From contig JBEKDF010000016.1 of the NCBI GenBank assembly GCA_050014495.1, positions 1 to 63,324 on the forward strand: a stretch of DNA of 63,324 bases, written 5' to 3'. Source of the stretch: Candidatus Bathyarchaeia archaeon (GTDB lineage Archaea; Thermoproteota; Bathyarchaeia; TCS64). Below the pieces are notes generated by a model that was given only the letters and a program-made list of their open reading frames with translations, searched no databases and was not told the origin of the DNA. This document shows positions 49,007 through 58,992 of the stretch, piece by piece. Position numbers and translations under genes: made by a program. Positions within the stretch are counted from its first letter, which is position 1. Every line of letters starts with the position of its first letter.

Positions 49007-49936
49007 ATGAATACCCAACGTCCGGCTTACAGTAAGCTTGTGAGGGAGCTTCGATCAGGAAAGTTCGTTCTTACAGGCGAACTAGAACCCGAAAAGGTGA
49101 CCAGCATAGAAGAGGTTTTGACTAGTGCAAGAGCCATGGCACCATATGTTATTGCAGCAAATGTGACGGATAACCCGTTAGCGTATGCTTACATGAATTC
49201 CCTCGTTCCTTCATATTTCATCCAAAAAGAGGTCGGCCTGGAGGCAGTCTATCAAATGACGGTCAGAGATCGTAACCGACTTGCCCTGGCTTCTGATGTG
49301 TTGGCTGCTTCAAACTTAGGGATAAAAAATATTCTTGCGATCTCGGGAGATCATACCTCTTTGGGCGACAACCGGGATGCTCTCAGCGTTTACGACGTGG
49401 ATTCTACACAGTTCGCCTATTTACTTCATAAAATGATAGATGAGAAAGTAGACATTGCGGGAAACGAGATCCACGGACAAGTGGACTTGAATGTTGGCGT
49501 AGCAGCGAACCCTAACGCCGATCCTTTGGAACCTGAAGTTTTGAAAATTGGCAGAAAAGCTAGAATTGGAATAGATTTTATACAGACTCAAACCATGTTC
49601 GATATTGATAAAACGAAAACATTCTTAAAAGAAGTGGAAAAGTATAATTGTCCAGTTCTAGTTGGTATATTCCCGCTAAAATCCTTTGGAATCGCTGACT
49701 TCTTCGATAAAAACATTCCTGGTGTCCATATTCCACCTGAACTACTAGAAAAAATGAGAAAGGCCAAGGATGAACCAAACAAAGAAAGAAAATACAAGTT
49801 ATATGATGATGTTAACATGGAGTTCTTTGCTCCCTTCATCAAAGAGATAAAAAAAACAACGAAAGCTGCTGGCATGCACGTCATGGCCGTCCTATATGAA
49901 CGTATTTTCGAGCCTCTTCTAAGAGAAACGATATAA
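49007..49936 (+). CDS. metF: Methylenetetrahydrofolate reductase family, FAD subunit
   Basis: TGELEP, NVTDN, TVRDRNRLAL, ISGDH, FIQTQ. Confidence 0.92.
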   Translation: MNTQRPAYSKLVRELRSGKFVLTGELEPEKVTSIEEVLTSARAMAPYVIAANVTDNPLAYAYMNSLVPSYFIQKEVGLEAVYQMTVRDRNRLALASDVLAASNLGIKNILAISGDHTSLGDNRDALSVYDVDSTQFAYLLHKMIDEKVDIAGNEIHGQVDLNVGVAANPNADPLEPEVLKIGRKARIGIDFIQTQTMFDIDKTKTFLKEVEKYNCPVLVGIFPLKSFGIADFFDKNIPGVHIPPELLEKMRKAKDEPNKERKYKLYDDVNMEFFAPFIKEIKKTTKAAGMHVMAVLYERIFEPLLRETI

Positions 49937-49949
49937 CATTGAAAAAATT

Positions 49950-51224
49950 ATGGAAGGTGGTGTAAAAATATTGGCGATTTCGGGAATAAAAACGAGTCCA
50001 CAAGAATGTGAATTGGCCGTTCGAATCGATCAAGATGCCTGTAGCCAATGTGCGGTTTGCATTTCCACATGTCCCTATGAGGCGATAGAAGGTAAGTTTA
50101 CACAAAATAAACTCGAAGAGGTCAAGATTAACCCCGATAAATGTCAGGCTTGTGGCATTTGCCCAAGCTCATGTCCATCATCTGCAATTAAAACTGTTTA
50201 TTATGAGAGCGGAATTCTGGTTGATCATGTTTCTCAGTTATCAATCGGGAAAGGCCCATTGAATCTAGTTATAGCATGTAAGGGAAATGGTCCTTCTGCA
50301 GATGAAATTAAAAAATTATCACAAGTACGCACATTAGATGATTATCTAACTTTACGAGTTCCTTGTCTCGGAAGAGTTTCCCCAGAAACTATACTCCAAA
50401 TTGTAACTTCAAATGTGAAACATCTAGTTCTAGTACCTTGTGAAGAAGATCTATGTAAATATAAAGAGGGCAGCAAAAAACTGCATTACAGGTACTTGCT
50501 CCTAAAATCTTTAATGAATGATCTAGGATACGAATCAAATTTATTGACCCTCGAAGAAAACTCAGTTAAAGCAGAAATTGATCAGTCTAACTGCGTTTCT
50601 TGCATGAACTGTTGGTATGCTTGTAAATATAGTGCTATCAAATTAAATGGAAAAGACACTCCTTCAGTGGATCCTGATCTATGCGTTGGATGTGGCGTTT
50701 GTGTTGGCCTTTGCCCAGCAATTACCATCCGAATGAAAGGATATGATTCACGCCAAATTGAAGATACGATAGTTAGTATTTCTAAATCACTTCACTCAAC
50801 TGTCGAAGTTGAAAAACATTCTAATATTTTGGTCATGTATTGCCAATGGTGCAATTTTCCAAAACTATCCATTAGCACGGAAAATATAGTAACCGAAAAT
50901 AAAGACGACAATAATATTACATATCTTCCGCTTCCGTGCTTGGGAAGAATGGACTCGATACATATTGTTCAGGCTTTATACTCTGGATTCGACGCTGTCT
51001 TGGCAGTAGGTTGTAAAAAGGATAGTTGTAAAATGGATAAAATAAAAGGAAATGAAGTCGCCGAAGCTCGGATTAACAATCTAAAAACTATTTTAAAACA
51101 GCTTTCGATTGATAACAAATTAGCTGTGGACTTTGTGCGACCAGAATACATCGATGATTTTTCAGGATCCATTAATTCGTTAATTAAAAATTTAAAGTTA
51201 AGTAAAGGGAATGGTGATAGTTGA
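49950..51224 (+). CDS. Tandem (2x[4Fe-4S] ferredoxin + MvhD/FlpD-like) x2 fusion protein
   Basis: Four CxxCxxCxxxC motifs; two PCLGR...C....C MvhD-like domains. Confidence 0.85.
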   Translation: MEGGVKILAISGIKTSPQECELAVRIDQDACSQCAVCISTCPYEAIEGKFTQNKLEEVKINPDKCQACGICPSSCPSSAIKTVYYESGILVDHVSQLSIGKGPLNLVIACKGNGPSADEIKKLSQVRTLDDYLTLRVPCLGRVSPETILQIVTSNVKHLVLVPCEEDLCKYKEGSKKLHYRYLLLKSLMNDLGYESNLLTLEENSVKAEIDQSNCVSCMNCWYACKYSAIKLNGKDTPSVDPDLCVGCGVCVGLCPAITIRMKGYDSRQIEDTIVSISKSLHSTVEVEKHSNILVMYCQWCNFPKLSISTENIVTENKDDNNITYLPLPCLGRMDSIHIVQALYSGFDAVLAVGCKKDSCKMDKIKGNEVAEARINNLKTILKQLSIDNKLAVDFVRPEYIDDFSGSINSLIKNLKLSKGNGDS

Positions 51225-51885
51225 AATGATCATCACAGAAGTTAAACCGATAGATGAAATTCTAGGATTTTTGGAATCCAGTAAAAAAGTTCTCTTTGTA
51301 GGTTGCGACGGTTGCACACAACCACCAAGAGGTTTGAAAGAAGCTTCGCTATATGCCAAGCTAATTGAAATGGGTGGAAAACTAAAAAACAAAACACTTG
51401 AAATTAATGCAACAACTGTGGCTGTCTCTTGCGATAATAATTTAATATCCACTACTTTACGCCCCCAAGTTGCTGATGTGGACACTATAGTAAGTTTCGC
51501 TTGCGGTATCGGGGTTCAAGCTATTACAGAAGTTTTCCCAGAGAAGACATGCTTCCCTGCACAAAACTCGATGTTCTATGGACTACAGGAAAGAGAGCAA
51601 GGAAAAATGCTAGAGCGTTGCAGGGCCTGCGGAAATTGTATTCTCGCCGACACAGGCGGTATCTGTCCAATTACTAGGTGTGCTAAACAGATTCGCAATG
51701 GCCCTTGCGGAGGCAATGTCAAAGGAAAATGCGAGGTGGGTGGATATACAAAACCATGCGCGTGGATCGACATTTATGACCGGCTAAAATCAATCGATCG
51801 TTTGGATTTATTCGAGAAATTTCATCCACCACGTGACTATAAAACAGCTCAGTGGCCACGCGAAATCAATAATTTAGTTGAATAA
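51211..51885 (+). CDS. metV: MTHFR small Fe-S/Zn subunit (MetV)
   Basis: GCDGC, ACGIGVQ, CRACGNCIL..TGGICPITRCAK...NGPCGG...CAW. Confidence 0.92.
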   Translation: MVIVEMIITEVKPIDEILGFLESSKKVLFVGCDGCTQPPRGLKEASLYAKLIEMGGKLKNKTLEINATTVAVSCDNNLISTTLRPQVADVDTIVSFACGIGVQAITEVFPEKTCFPAQNSMFYGLQEREQGKMLERCRACGNCILADTGGICPITRCAKQIRNGPCGGNVKGKCEVGGYTKPCAWIDIYDRLKSIDRLDLFEKFHPPRDYKTAQWPREINNLVE

Positions 51886-51936
51886 ATATTCTTACTAATA
51901 TATTACCTTAGAAAATCAATTTTTAACAGTACAATA

Positions 51937-53391
51937 TTAAATTTTATAACTTTTTAGAATTGTACCATCAACCCCAATAACATTTATTGAAAATGAGTCA
52001 TCACCTGACCATGTATGTGTGGCGCATGCCATGCATGGATCATAAGCTCTTAAAGCCATCTCGATTTTATTTAACGAACTCTCTGAAACTTTACCATTTT
52101 TTATCACACTTTTAGCTGCCTTTTTAATGGAAATGTTCATTGGTGCATAATTATTAGTTGTTCCTACGATTAAATTGACCTTCTTTATTATTCCTTTTTC
52201 ATCAGTTAAATAATGATGTATCAGAGTTCCTCTTGGAGCCTCAACATGACCCACACCCTCTGTAGGAGTAGTTGTAATAACAGGTCTAACATCTTTTTCT
52301 GTAATTTCAGGGTCATTAATTAATTCTAAAGTCCTTTCAGCAGCATACATCATTTCTATTAGCCTTGCCCAATGTGCAGCTAAAATATAATGTACAGGTT
52401 TTCCCCCAAGTGACTTATTCATTTTCTCATATTCTTCTTGAGCTAGTGGTGTTGCCATTCCCTCAGCTGCATTAAATCTAGACAAAGGATAAGCACTATA
52501 AACGCCGCTATTTTCACCTTCGACTAATCCTTTCCACCCTATTTTTTTCAGATATGGAAATTTCAAATATGTCCAAGGCTCAACCCCTTCCTCAATATAT
52601 TTTTGATAATCAACATCCGAATATTTTGCTATCTCTTTTCCTTCAGGATTTACTATGCGAATATTTCCATCATAAAAATTAACTCGATTTTTCTCGTCCA
52701 CAGTACCCATATAGTAAGTTCTTAGAGAGAAATTTTCGCTCAAAATCATGTCCATAATTTTCTGGTTTTTTAGAACGAAATCATCAAATAAATTGATTGT
52801 ATATTTCGAAAAATTGACCATACTTTCAGCCATTTTCCTTATTTCGTTGCACTCTTCAGTACTAATTGGTTTACTAATTCCACCTGGAACAGCATAGTTT
52901 GAATGCACTTGACGTCCACCGATAAGTTGAATGATTTTATGACCCATTAACCGATGTTTTATTACTGAAATTCCGACTTCTTTCCCTACTTTGTTAATTA
53001 CACCTAGAATATTCCGTTCTTCAGGGTTAGATTCTGGCCCTACGATGAAATCTGGACCAGAAAGAATATAGAAATTGGTCATTTTATCGGCGAATTGGAA
53101 TGCACTATATAATAGTTCTCGAATCTTTTTTACTGGGCTCGAGGGTTCGACTTGGAAGACCGAATCAAGAGCTTTAAGTGAAGCCATACTGTGAGCTTCA
53201 GGGCAAACTCCACATATACGTGATGTAATATTGGGCATCTCCTCAACCCTTCGCCCCTCGCAAAACTTCTCAAAACCACGTAATTCAGGTATCTGAAGGT
53301 AGGTGTTTGCTACGTTTCCCTCATCATCAAGAAATATCTCAATTTTTCCATGCCCTTCGAGTCTCGTAACGGGATCTATAGTGACTTTCAA
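51937..53391 (-). CDS. mvhA: [NiFe]-hydrogenase large subunit, Mvh type (group 3c)
   Basis: [36 protein letters not shown] plus C-terminal extension. Confidence 0.93.
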   Translation of the reverse strand: MKVTIDPVTRLEGHGKIEIFLDDEGNVANTYLQIPELRGFEKFCEGRRVEEMPNITSRICGVCPEAHSMASLKALDSVFQVEPSSPVKKIRELLYSAFQFADKMTNFYILSGPDFIVGPESNPEERNILGVINKVGKEVGISVIKHRLMGHKIIQLIGGRQVHSNYAVPGGISKPISTEECNEIRKMAESMVNFSKYTINLFDDFVLKNQKIMDMILSENFSLRTYYMGTVDEKNRVNFYDGNIRIVNPEGKEIAKYSDVDYQKYIEEGVEPWTYLKFPYLKKIGWKGLVEGENSGVYSAYPLSRFNAAEGMATPLAQEEYEKMNKSLGGKPVHYILAAHWARLIEMMYAAERTLELINDPEITEKDVRPVITTTPTEGVGHVEAPRGTLIHHYLTDEKGIIKKVNLIVGTTNNYAPMNISIKKAAKSVIKNGKVSESSLNKIEMALRAYDPCMACATHTWSGDDSFSINVIGVDGTILKSYKI

Positions 53392-54350
53392 GGCTTAGAC
53401 CTCTTTAAGACCGAATTAGCGACGCTGAAATAGTAAAACGTTCCAACTGGGTCGACTAAATCATTTAAAATATTTTTAGCTTCGATATCACTTTCGGCAT
53501 CAAGTGTTGATGTTAAAGCTGAGATCATTTTCGCTCCTTGGTCGCTATTTTCAGGAATCGGCCCGTAACAACCAATACAAGGCATATTTGCTTTAATGCA
53601 CTGGGCACCACATCCTTCTCTGGTAGCGGGACCGACGCACACAAGCCCTTGTTCCAATAGGCAATCGTCTGTATTAGGAACCAACTGATAATTTCGATAT
53701 ATTTTCTTAATTTTCTTTTTTTCTCTTTTCCTTGGGCACTCTTCACATAAGGCCCTAGTGCCACACCCAATGTAAGATTTCTTTGGAGGTAAAGATCCTC
53801 CAATCAGTTTCTGGATCCCATTCCATACCTGCTCACCTACAGGTGGACAACCTGGGATGAAGTAATCTACGTCAACCACTTGAGCTAATGTCTCTACTTT
53901 CTCTGAGAACGCTGGTAACTCGAGATCTCCCTCCGGCACATTTACGTTTATTCTAGGAAGTTGACCTTTAGGATTGATAGTAGTAGGCGTTTCTATAAAG
54001 ACTCGAGATAGAATATCTTCACGTTTCTTGAGATTCGCTAAACCAGGGATACATCCTTCAACCGCACAAGAACCAAACGCGATCAGTACCTTTGATTTCG
54101 CTCGCAAAAGTTCCGCGATATGCTTATTTTCAGAGGTTCTAATAGCACCATTAAATAAACACACATCAATAAATTTTTCAGGTAATTTCTCAACATCTGC
54201 ATATTTGAAATCCAACGCAGCAGGCCAGAAAACAATGTCAGCTACTGCAACTAAATCAAGAATATGTTCCCCAATTTCAAGTACCGAAATATCGCAGCCA
54301 CCACACGCTGCACCCCAGTACATAGCAATTTTCAATTTTTCCAAATTCAT
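53388..54350 (-). CDS. mvhG: [NiFe]-hydrogenase small subunit, Mvh type
   Basis: ACGGC, GSCA, PGCPP, CEECPR, CLLEQG..C.GP.T..GC. Confidence 0.93.
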   Translation of the reverse strand: MNLEKLKIAMYWGAACGGCDISVLEIGEHILDLVAVADIVFWPAALDFKYADVEKLPEKFIDVCLFNGAIRTSENKHIAELLRAKSKVLIAFGSCAVEGCIPGLANLKKREDILSRVFIETPTTINPKGQLPRINVNVPEGDLELPAFSEKVETLAQVVDVDYFIPGCPPVGEQVWNGIQKLIGGSLPPKKSYIGCGTRALCEECPRKREKKKIKKIYRNYQLVPNTDDCLLEQGLVCVGPATREGCGAQCIKANMPCIGCYGPIPENSDQGAKMISALTSTLDAESDIEAKNILNDLVDPVGTFYYFSVANSVLKRSKP

Positions 54351-54534
54351 TGCCTTCTTATAGAAATCATTCTCATTCTTTATATCATAAACTTTACTGA
54401 ATAAACGGATATATCACATTATGTAGAAACAAGTTTTAAAATTAACCCCAAACATTAAGGAAATTTAGTAGACAACAATTTCATAATGGATTAATAATAA
54501 TTTTTAAGCACGCGTACGATTAATAATTATCCCC

Positions 54535-56394
54535 TTGCCTTTAAAAATAATCTTCAACCCCATTGAGAAAGTGGTAGTGGCGGAAAAAGGGGATAATCTT
54601 CTCGACGTTATGAGGAGAGAGGAAATTAGGATTGAGGCTCTCTGCGGTGGAAAAGGGGAGTGCGGAAAATGCAGAGTAATCCTAGAGGAAGGAAAAATAG
54701 AGAAGAAGTCGCTTTTACCAGATAAATTCCTCCACCCTATGGAACTCAAAGAAGGATACCATCTGGCCTGTATGGTTACTTTGCAGAGTGACTGCATCTT
54801 CACTATCCCTACAGAGAGTAGGATAGAAAGCCCGAAAATCCTACTCACCGCGGATATACCCGAACAGGAACTCGATCCTTCGTCTCAGAAATTCCTCATA
54901 GAGGAACCCAATAATGGGAGCAGAAGACTCCTGATACCTTTCAAAGGAATAAGGTTGAAAAACTATAAGGGGATCCAACCGAGGACCAGCGAAGAAATTC
55001 TCAACAAATTCCAAGCCAGTTCTGCGGAAACCGTAAAAACCGCCATCGTTTCTCGAACAGGTAACTTTCCAGAAATAATCGACATTGAAACTGGTAACAC
55101 ATTAAATGAGAATTACGGGTTGGCAATCGACATAGGAACTACAACCATCGTGGGTCTCCTCGTAGATTTGAACACCGGAAACATCGTAGGCAGGGCCTCA
55201 GAGATAAACAGACAGATCACTTTTGGCGAGGAACTCGTCACGAGGATCGCGTTCGCCAGTAAAAACGAAGGCCTCCTAAAACTACATAAAATAGTAATCG
55301 ATACAATAAACGACGTCATAGATCATCTTATCCGAGCCGCCCACGTGCAGAGCAAACTCATTACAGACGTCACCATCGGTGGAAACACGGTGATGAACCA
55401 CTTATTCGCGGGCATAGATTCGAGTTATCTCGAGGAAGCAAATGTGGAGGTTTCCAGGGAACCCATCATCCTCAAATCAAGGAGTCTAGGTTTGAACACA
55501 CATCCTGAAGCCTACGTCTACTGTCTACCGAACGTGAGCCGCTTCCTAGGTGGTGACGCTATTGGCGACGTGATCACGTCAAACATCCACAAATCTGATG
55601 ACATAAACCTAATAGTAGACCTTGGCACTAACGGGGAGATAATTTTCGGGAACAGAAGCTGGCTTTTCTCAAGCTCATGTGCCTCTGGTCCAGCCTTCGA
55701 GGGTGAGGGTGTGAGACACGGTATGAGAGCAGCCAAGGGAGGAATCGATCATGTCAATATCGATCCAAAGACATACAAGGCACAAGTATCAGTCATCGGA
55801 GGAGGACGACCCAAGGGCATCTGTGGATCAGGACTAATCGACCTTGTGGCTGAACTCTACAGCGTCGGATTAATGGACTTCGTTGGGAAGTTTGTCCCTG
55901 GTAAATCTCCGCTCATCAGAGAGGGAAAATGGGGTCTAGAGTACCTAGTTGTACTATCCGAGGAGACGGACATCGAAAAAGACATCGTGCTGACACAAAT
56001 CGACCTTAACTACGTTCTCGATTCAAAAGCAGCAGCTTGCGGCGCAATAACTGTACTAATGAAGAAGCTTAAGATCAGCCTCAATGACGTTAAACACGTC
56101 TACCTCGCAGGGGCCTTCGGAGCCTATTCCGACCTAAAAAATTCCATTAAACTCGGCATCTTTCCAGAGTTTCTGAACGCCCAGTTCCACCCCATCGGCA
56201 ACGGCTCCTTATCAGGCGCTTACCTCACTTTGATCTCCATGGAAAAACGTAGGGAAGCAAAAAACGTCGCGGCGAAAACCGTGTACATTGACCTCTTGGT
56301 TGATATAGAGTTCATGGATGAATACTCAAAAGCCCTCTACATCCCTGGTGCTAGAGAGTACTTCCCAACCTACGTCAAAAACAACCACAACTAA
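54535..56394 (+). CDS. Reductive activator of corrinoid proteins (RACo/AcsV-like, ASKHA ATPase with 2Fe-2S domain)
   Basis: CGGKGECGKC, DIGTTT, DLGTNGE, GPAFEG, GICGSG, LAGAFG. Confidence 0.93.
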   Translation: MPLKIIFNPIEKVVVAEKGDNLLDVMRREEIRIEALCGGKGECGKCRVILEEGKIEKKSLLPDKFLHPMELKEGYHLACMVTLQSDCIFTIPTESRIESPKILLTADIPEQELDPSSQKFLIEEPNNGSRRLLIPFKGIRLKNYKGIQPRTSEEILNKFQASSAETVKTAIVSRTGNFPEIIDIETGNTLNENYGLAIDIGTTTIVGLLVDLNTGNIVGRASEINRQITFGEELVTRIAFASKNEGLLKLHKIVIDTINDVIDHLIRAAHVQSKLITDVTIGGNTVMNHLFAGIDSSYLEEANVEVSREPIILKSRSLGLNTHPEAYVYCLPNVSRFLGGDAIGDVITSNIHKSDDINLIVDLGTNGEIIFGNRSWLFSSSCASGPAFEGEGVRHGMRAAKGGIDHVNIDPKTYKAQVSVIGGGRPKGICGSGLIDLVAELYSVGLMDFVGKFVPGKSPLIREGKWGLEYLVVLSEETDIEKDIVLTQIDLNYVLDSKAAACGAITVLMKKLKISLNDVKHVYLAGAFGAYSDLKNSIKLGIFPEFLNAQFHPIGNGSLSGAYLTLISMEKRREAKNVAAKTVYIDLLVDIEFMDEYSKALYIPGAREYFPTYVKNNHN

Positions 56395-56445
56395 GGTAGG
56401 GTAATCAAACTTTATCTCTTATCATTCTAGAGGTTAACTATCACC

Positions 56446-57234
56446 ATGTCCAATCGCAGCGACAACACAATCGTCGTTACAGGGAGGGGCGGAACGGGAA
56501 AGAGCACTTTCACCGCGCTTATGGCCAGATATTTTGGGGAAATTGGTTTAACGCCGTTACTACTTGTCGACTCAGATCCAGATGAGAGCCTTGCGGAAAT
56601 GATGGGAATCAACCTGAAGGCGGAGAATAAGAAATCGATCGCCGATGTCCTTGCTGAAATCCTGGAAGAGAGGAAAATGACCACGCGGGTGGGCATGAGT
56701 CCAACGGAGAAAATTGAGCCCTTCCTCTTCCAAGAGACCCTATATGAGGGGGATAGTTTTTTCGATTTCATTGGTGTTGGGACTAAGTGGATAGAGGGGT
56801 GTTACTGCCTCCCGGACCACTCCCTGGGGCAGATCATGGCGCGGTGGTCAAAGAACTATGAATATGTCCTCGTAGATTCCCCCGCGGGGGTTGAGCACCT
56901 AAACAGGAAGATAACCAAGAAGGTGAAGGACGTCTTTAACATCCTAGACGCCTCGAAGAAAAGTATAGACAACGCCACAAGAACGTATAAGGTGATGAAG
57001 GAAGTTGGGATAGTCTTCGAGAACTACTATCTCGTGGGGGGGAACACGTTCTCCCAGGAATTCCAAAACGATACCCGAAAACAACCTTTCAGATACCTCG
57101 GGAGGATCGAATTCGATGAAGATGTACGAAATTTCAATATTAAAGGCCAATCTCTGTTAGAGCTGCCTTTTGCATCTCCGTCATATATTTCTGTCAAGAA
57201 AATCCTCGAAGAAGCAGGTTATGCGCCTAGATAG
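56446..57234 (+). CDS. CooC/AcsF-like nickel insertion ATPase
   Basis: GRGGTGKST, DSDPD, GCYC, DSPAGVEH. Confidence 0.9.
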   Translation: MSNRSDNTIVVTGRGGTGKSTFTALMARYFGEIGLTPLLLVDSDPDESLAEMMGINLKAENKKSIADVLAEILEERKMTTRVGMSPTEKIEPFLFQETLYEGDSFFDFIGVGTKWIEGCYCLPDHSLGQIMARWSKNYEYVLVDSPAGVEHLNRKITKKVKDVFNILDASKKSIDNATRTYKVMKEVGIVFENYYLVGGNTFSQEFQNDTRKQPFRYLGRIEFDEDVRNFNIKGQSLLELPFASPSYISVKKILEEAGYAPR

Positions 57235-57262
57235 TTTTAGTTAAGATTTTGGAGGGGGAGAT

Positions 57263-58060
57263 ATGAAGATCGCTGTTGCGGGAAAAGGGGGCGTCGGAAA
57301 GACACTCATCTCGAGTACACTTGCACGTCTGTTGGCTAGAGAGGGTTTCACAGTGCTCGCTGTTGATGCGGATCCGAACATCAACTTGGCTACTGCCCTC
57401 GGAATATCTAGAGATATGGCCGAGAAAATTGTGCCTATTTCTGAAAACAACCCTCTGGTAGAAGAAAAGACCGGATTAACGTCGGACGAGTCATTCGGAG
57501 GTATATTCAATATGACTCCGAACGTAAACGACATCGTAGAGAGGTTCGGTGTTGTTGGCCCTGATGGAGTGAACCTCCTCGTGATGGGGACCGTTAAAGC
57601 AGGTAACACAGGGTGCATGTGTGGAGCGAACGCCTTGCTCAGAGTCCTCATTCAACACCTACTCATCCAGAGAGGCGAGGTTGTAATCATGGACATGGAA
57701 GCAGGTCTCGAGCACCTCGGCCGCGGCACCGCCAGAAGAGTAGACGTGATGATCGTGGTAATTGAGCCACGAATGAAATCCATCGACACAGCGAGTCGAG
57801 TAATCAAACTAGCGAAAGAGATCGATATCCCTAACATAATAGCAGTTGGGAACAAGATCAGTAACTCCGAAGAGAAAGAATTTATCAAGGAAAAAATGGG
57901 GCTACTCAACCTGCCCGTCGCTGCTTACATACCCTTAGACACTGCTGTAGCAGAGGCTGACATGAAAGGTATACCTCTCCTAGATTATGATGAAAAATCA
58001 CCAGTGGTCGAAGCCATAAATGGCTTAAAAGCTTACTTAGTAAAGCAATATTCATTCTAA
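57263..58060 (+). CDS. cooC: CooC nickel insertion ATPase
   Basis: GKGGVGKT, DADP, GCMC, DMEAGLEHLGRG. Confidence 0.94.
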   Translation: MKIAVAGKGGVGKTLISSTLARLLAREGFTVLAVDADPNINLATALGISRDMAEKIVPISENNPLVEEKTGLTSDESFGGIFNMTPNVNDIVERFGVVGPDGVNLLVMGTVKAGNTGCMCGANALLRVLIQHLLIQRGEVVIMDMEAGLEHLGRGTARRVDVMIVVIEPRMKSIDTASRVIKLAKEIDIPNIIAVGNKISNSEEKEFIKEKMGLLNLPVAAYIPLDTAVAEADMKGIPLLDYDEKSPVVEAINGLKAYLVKQYSF

Positions 58061-58128
58061 CTTTCCAACATTTTAAACGTTCATTTATCGAGTTAGGAAG
58101 AAGGTCACCACCTCGGCAAGGTTGTCCA

Positions 58129-58992
58129 TTGAAGCTCAAGGTCAAGAGAATCGAAACAAAGTACTGGAGACCAGGGACAAACGTAATAAAAGAGATAACG
58201 ACGACGCTTGAGGGGCGCCTTGCAGACGGGGATCTCATCGCGATCTCGGAAAAGGCCCTCGCTACGGCCATGAACAATGTAATTGATGAGGCATTGATAA
58301 AACCAGGTTCAATGGCGAGGTTTTTAGCCAACTTCTGGATGAGGAAAGTTTGGGGTGGTCCATTAGGTATTCTAACAAGGCTCAAACCTCAAACATTGGA
58401 GAACATCCGTACCTACCCCCAGGATTTTGGGGCAAGACATAAGCAACTATCCTTAAGAACTGTGGGTTTCCTCCAAGCCTTAAGGCACTACTCGGAAGGA
58501 GGAATAGACGCCAGTAACCTCCCTTACACGCTTGTGAGCTTACCACTGTCGAATCCTACTGAAATCGCTGAGAAAATAAAAAATGCTTTACAGGAAAAAG
58601 CTATGTGCAAAATAAATGTGATGATCGTCGACGGGGATGCGACCTACTCATGGAGGAACCTACATCTTTCTCCTCGTCGAGTCGATGTCCCTGGGCTCAT
58701 CCACATAGGCGGGTTTTTCACATTTATTATCGGCCGAGTCTTTAATCTCAAATCTCGTCCCACACCTGTCGCATTAGTAGGTGAGTCAATTAATCCCGAC
58801 AGGGCTCTATGGCTTGCTAAAACTTCTCATAAGGCCAGCGGCCCAGGTGCGGGGAGAACGGTTTGGGGTATGTCAAAGAGGTTCGATACGTCTCTCAATG
58901 GGGTCACCTTTGAGATGTTGGAAAGCGTGAAGCATGTCCCGATAGTTGTGCTTAAACTAGAGGACGATTCTCAGAAAAGGTTCTCGTCCTGA
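58129..58992 (+). CDS. CofE-like (F420-0:gamma-glutamyl ligase family) protein
   Basis: ISEKA, SEGGIDASNLP, MIVDGD, TPVA. Confidence 0.8.
   Translation: MKLKVKRIETKYWRPGTNVIKEITTTLEGRLADGDLIAISEKALATAMNNVIDEALIKPGSMARFLANFWMRKVWGGPLGILTRLKPQTLENIRTYPQDFGARHKQLSLRTVGFLQALRHYSEGGIDASNLPYTLVSLPLSNPTEIAEKIKNALQEKAMCKINVMIVDGDATYSWRNLHLSPRRVDVPGLIHIGGFFTFIIGRVFNLKSRPTPVALVGESINPDRALWLAKTSHKASGPGAGRTVWGMSKRFDTSLNGVTFEMLESVKHVPIVVLKLEDDSQKRFSS

Noticed and set aside
32222..53391. Selenocysteine in FwdB or MvhA
   Set aside because: Both have Cys codons at the relevant ligand positions and no in-frame TGA.
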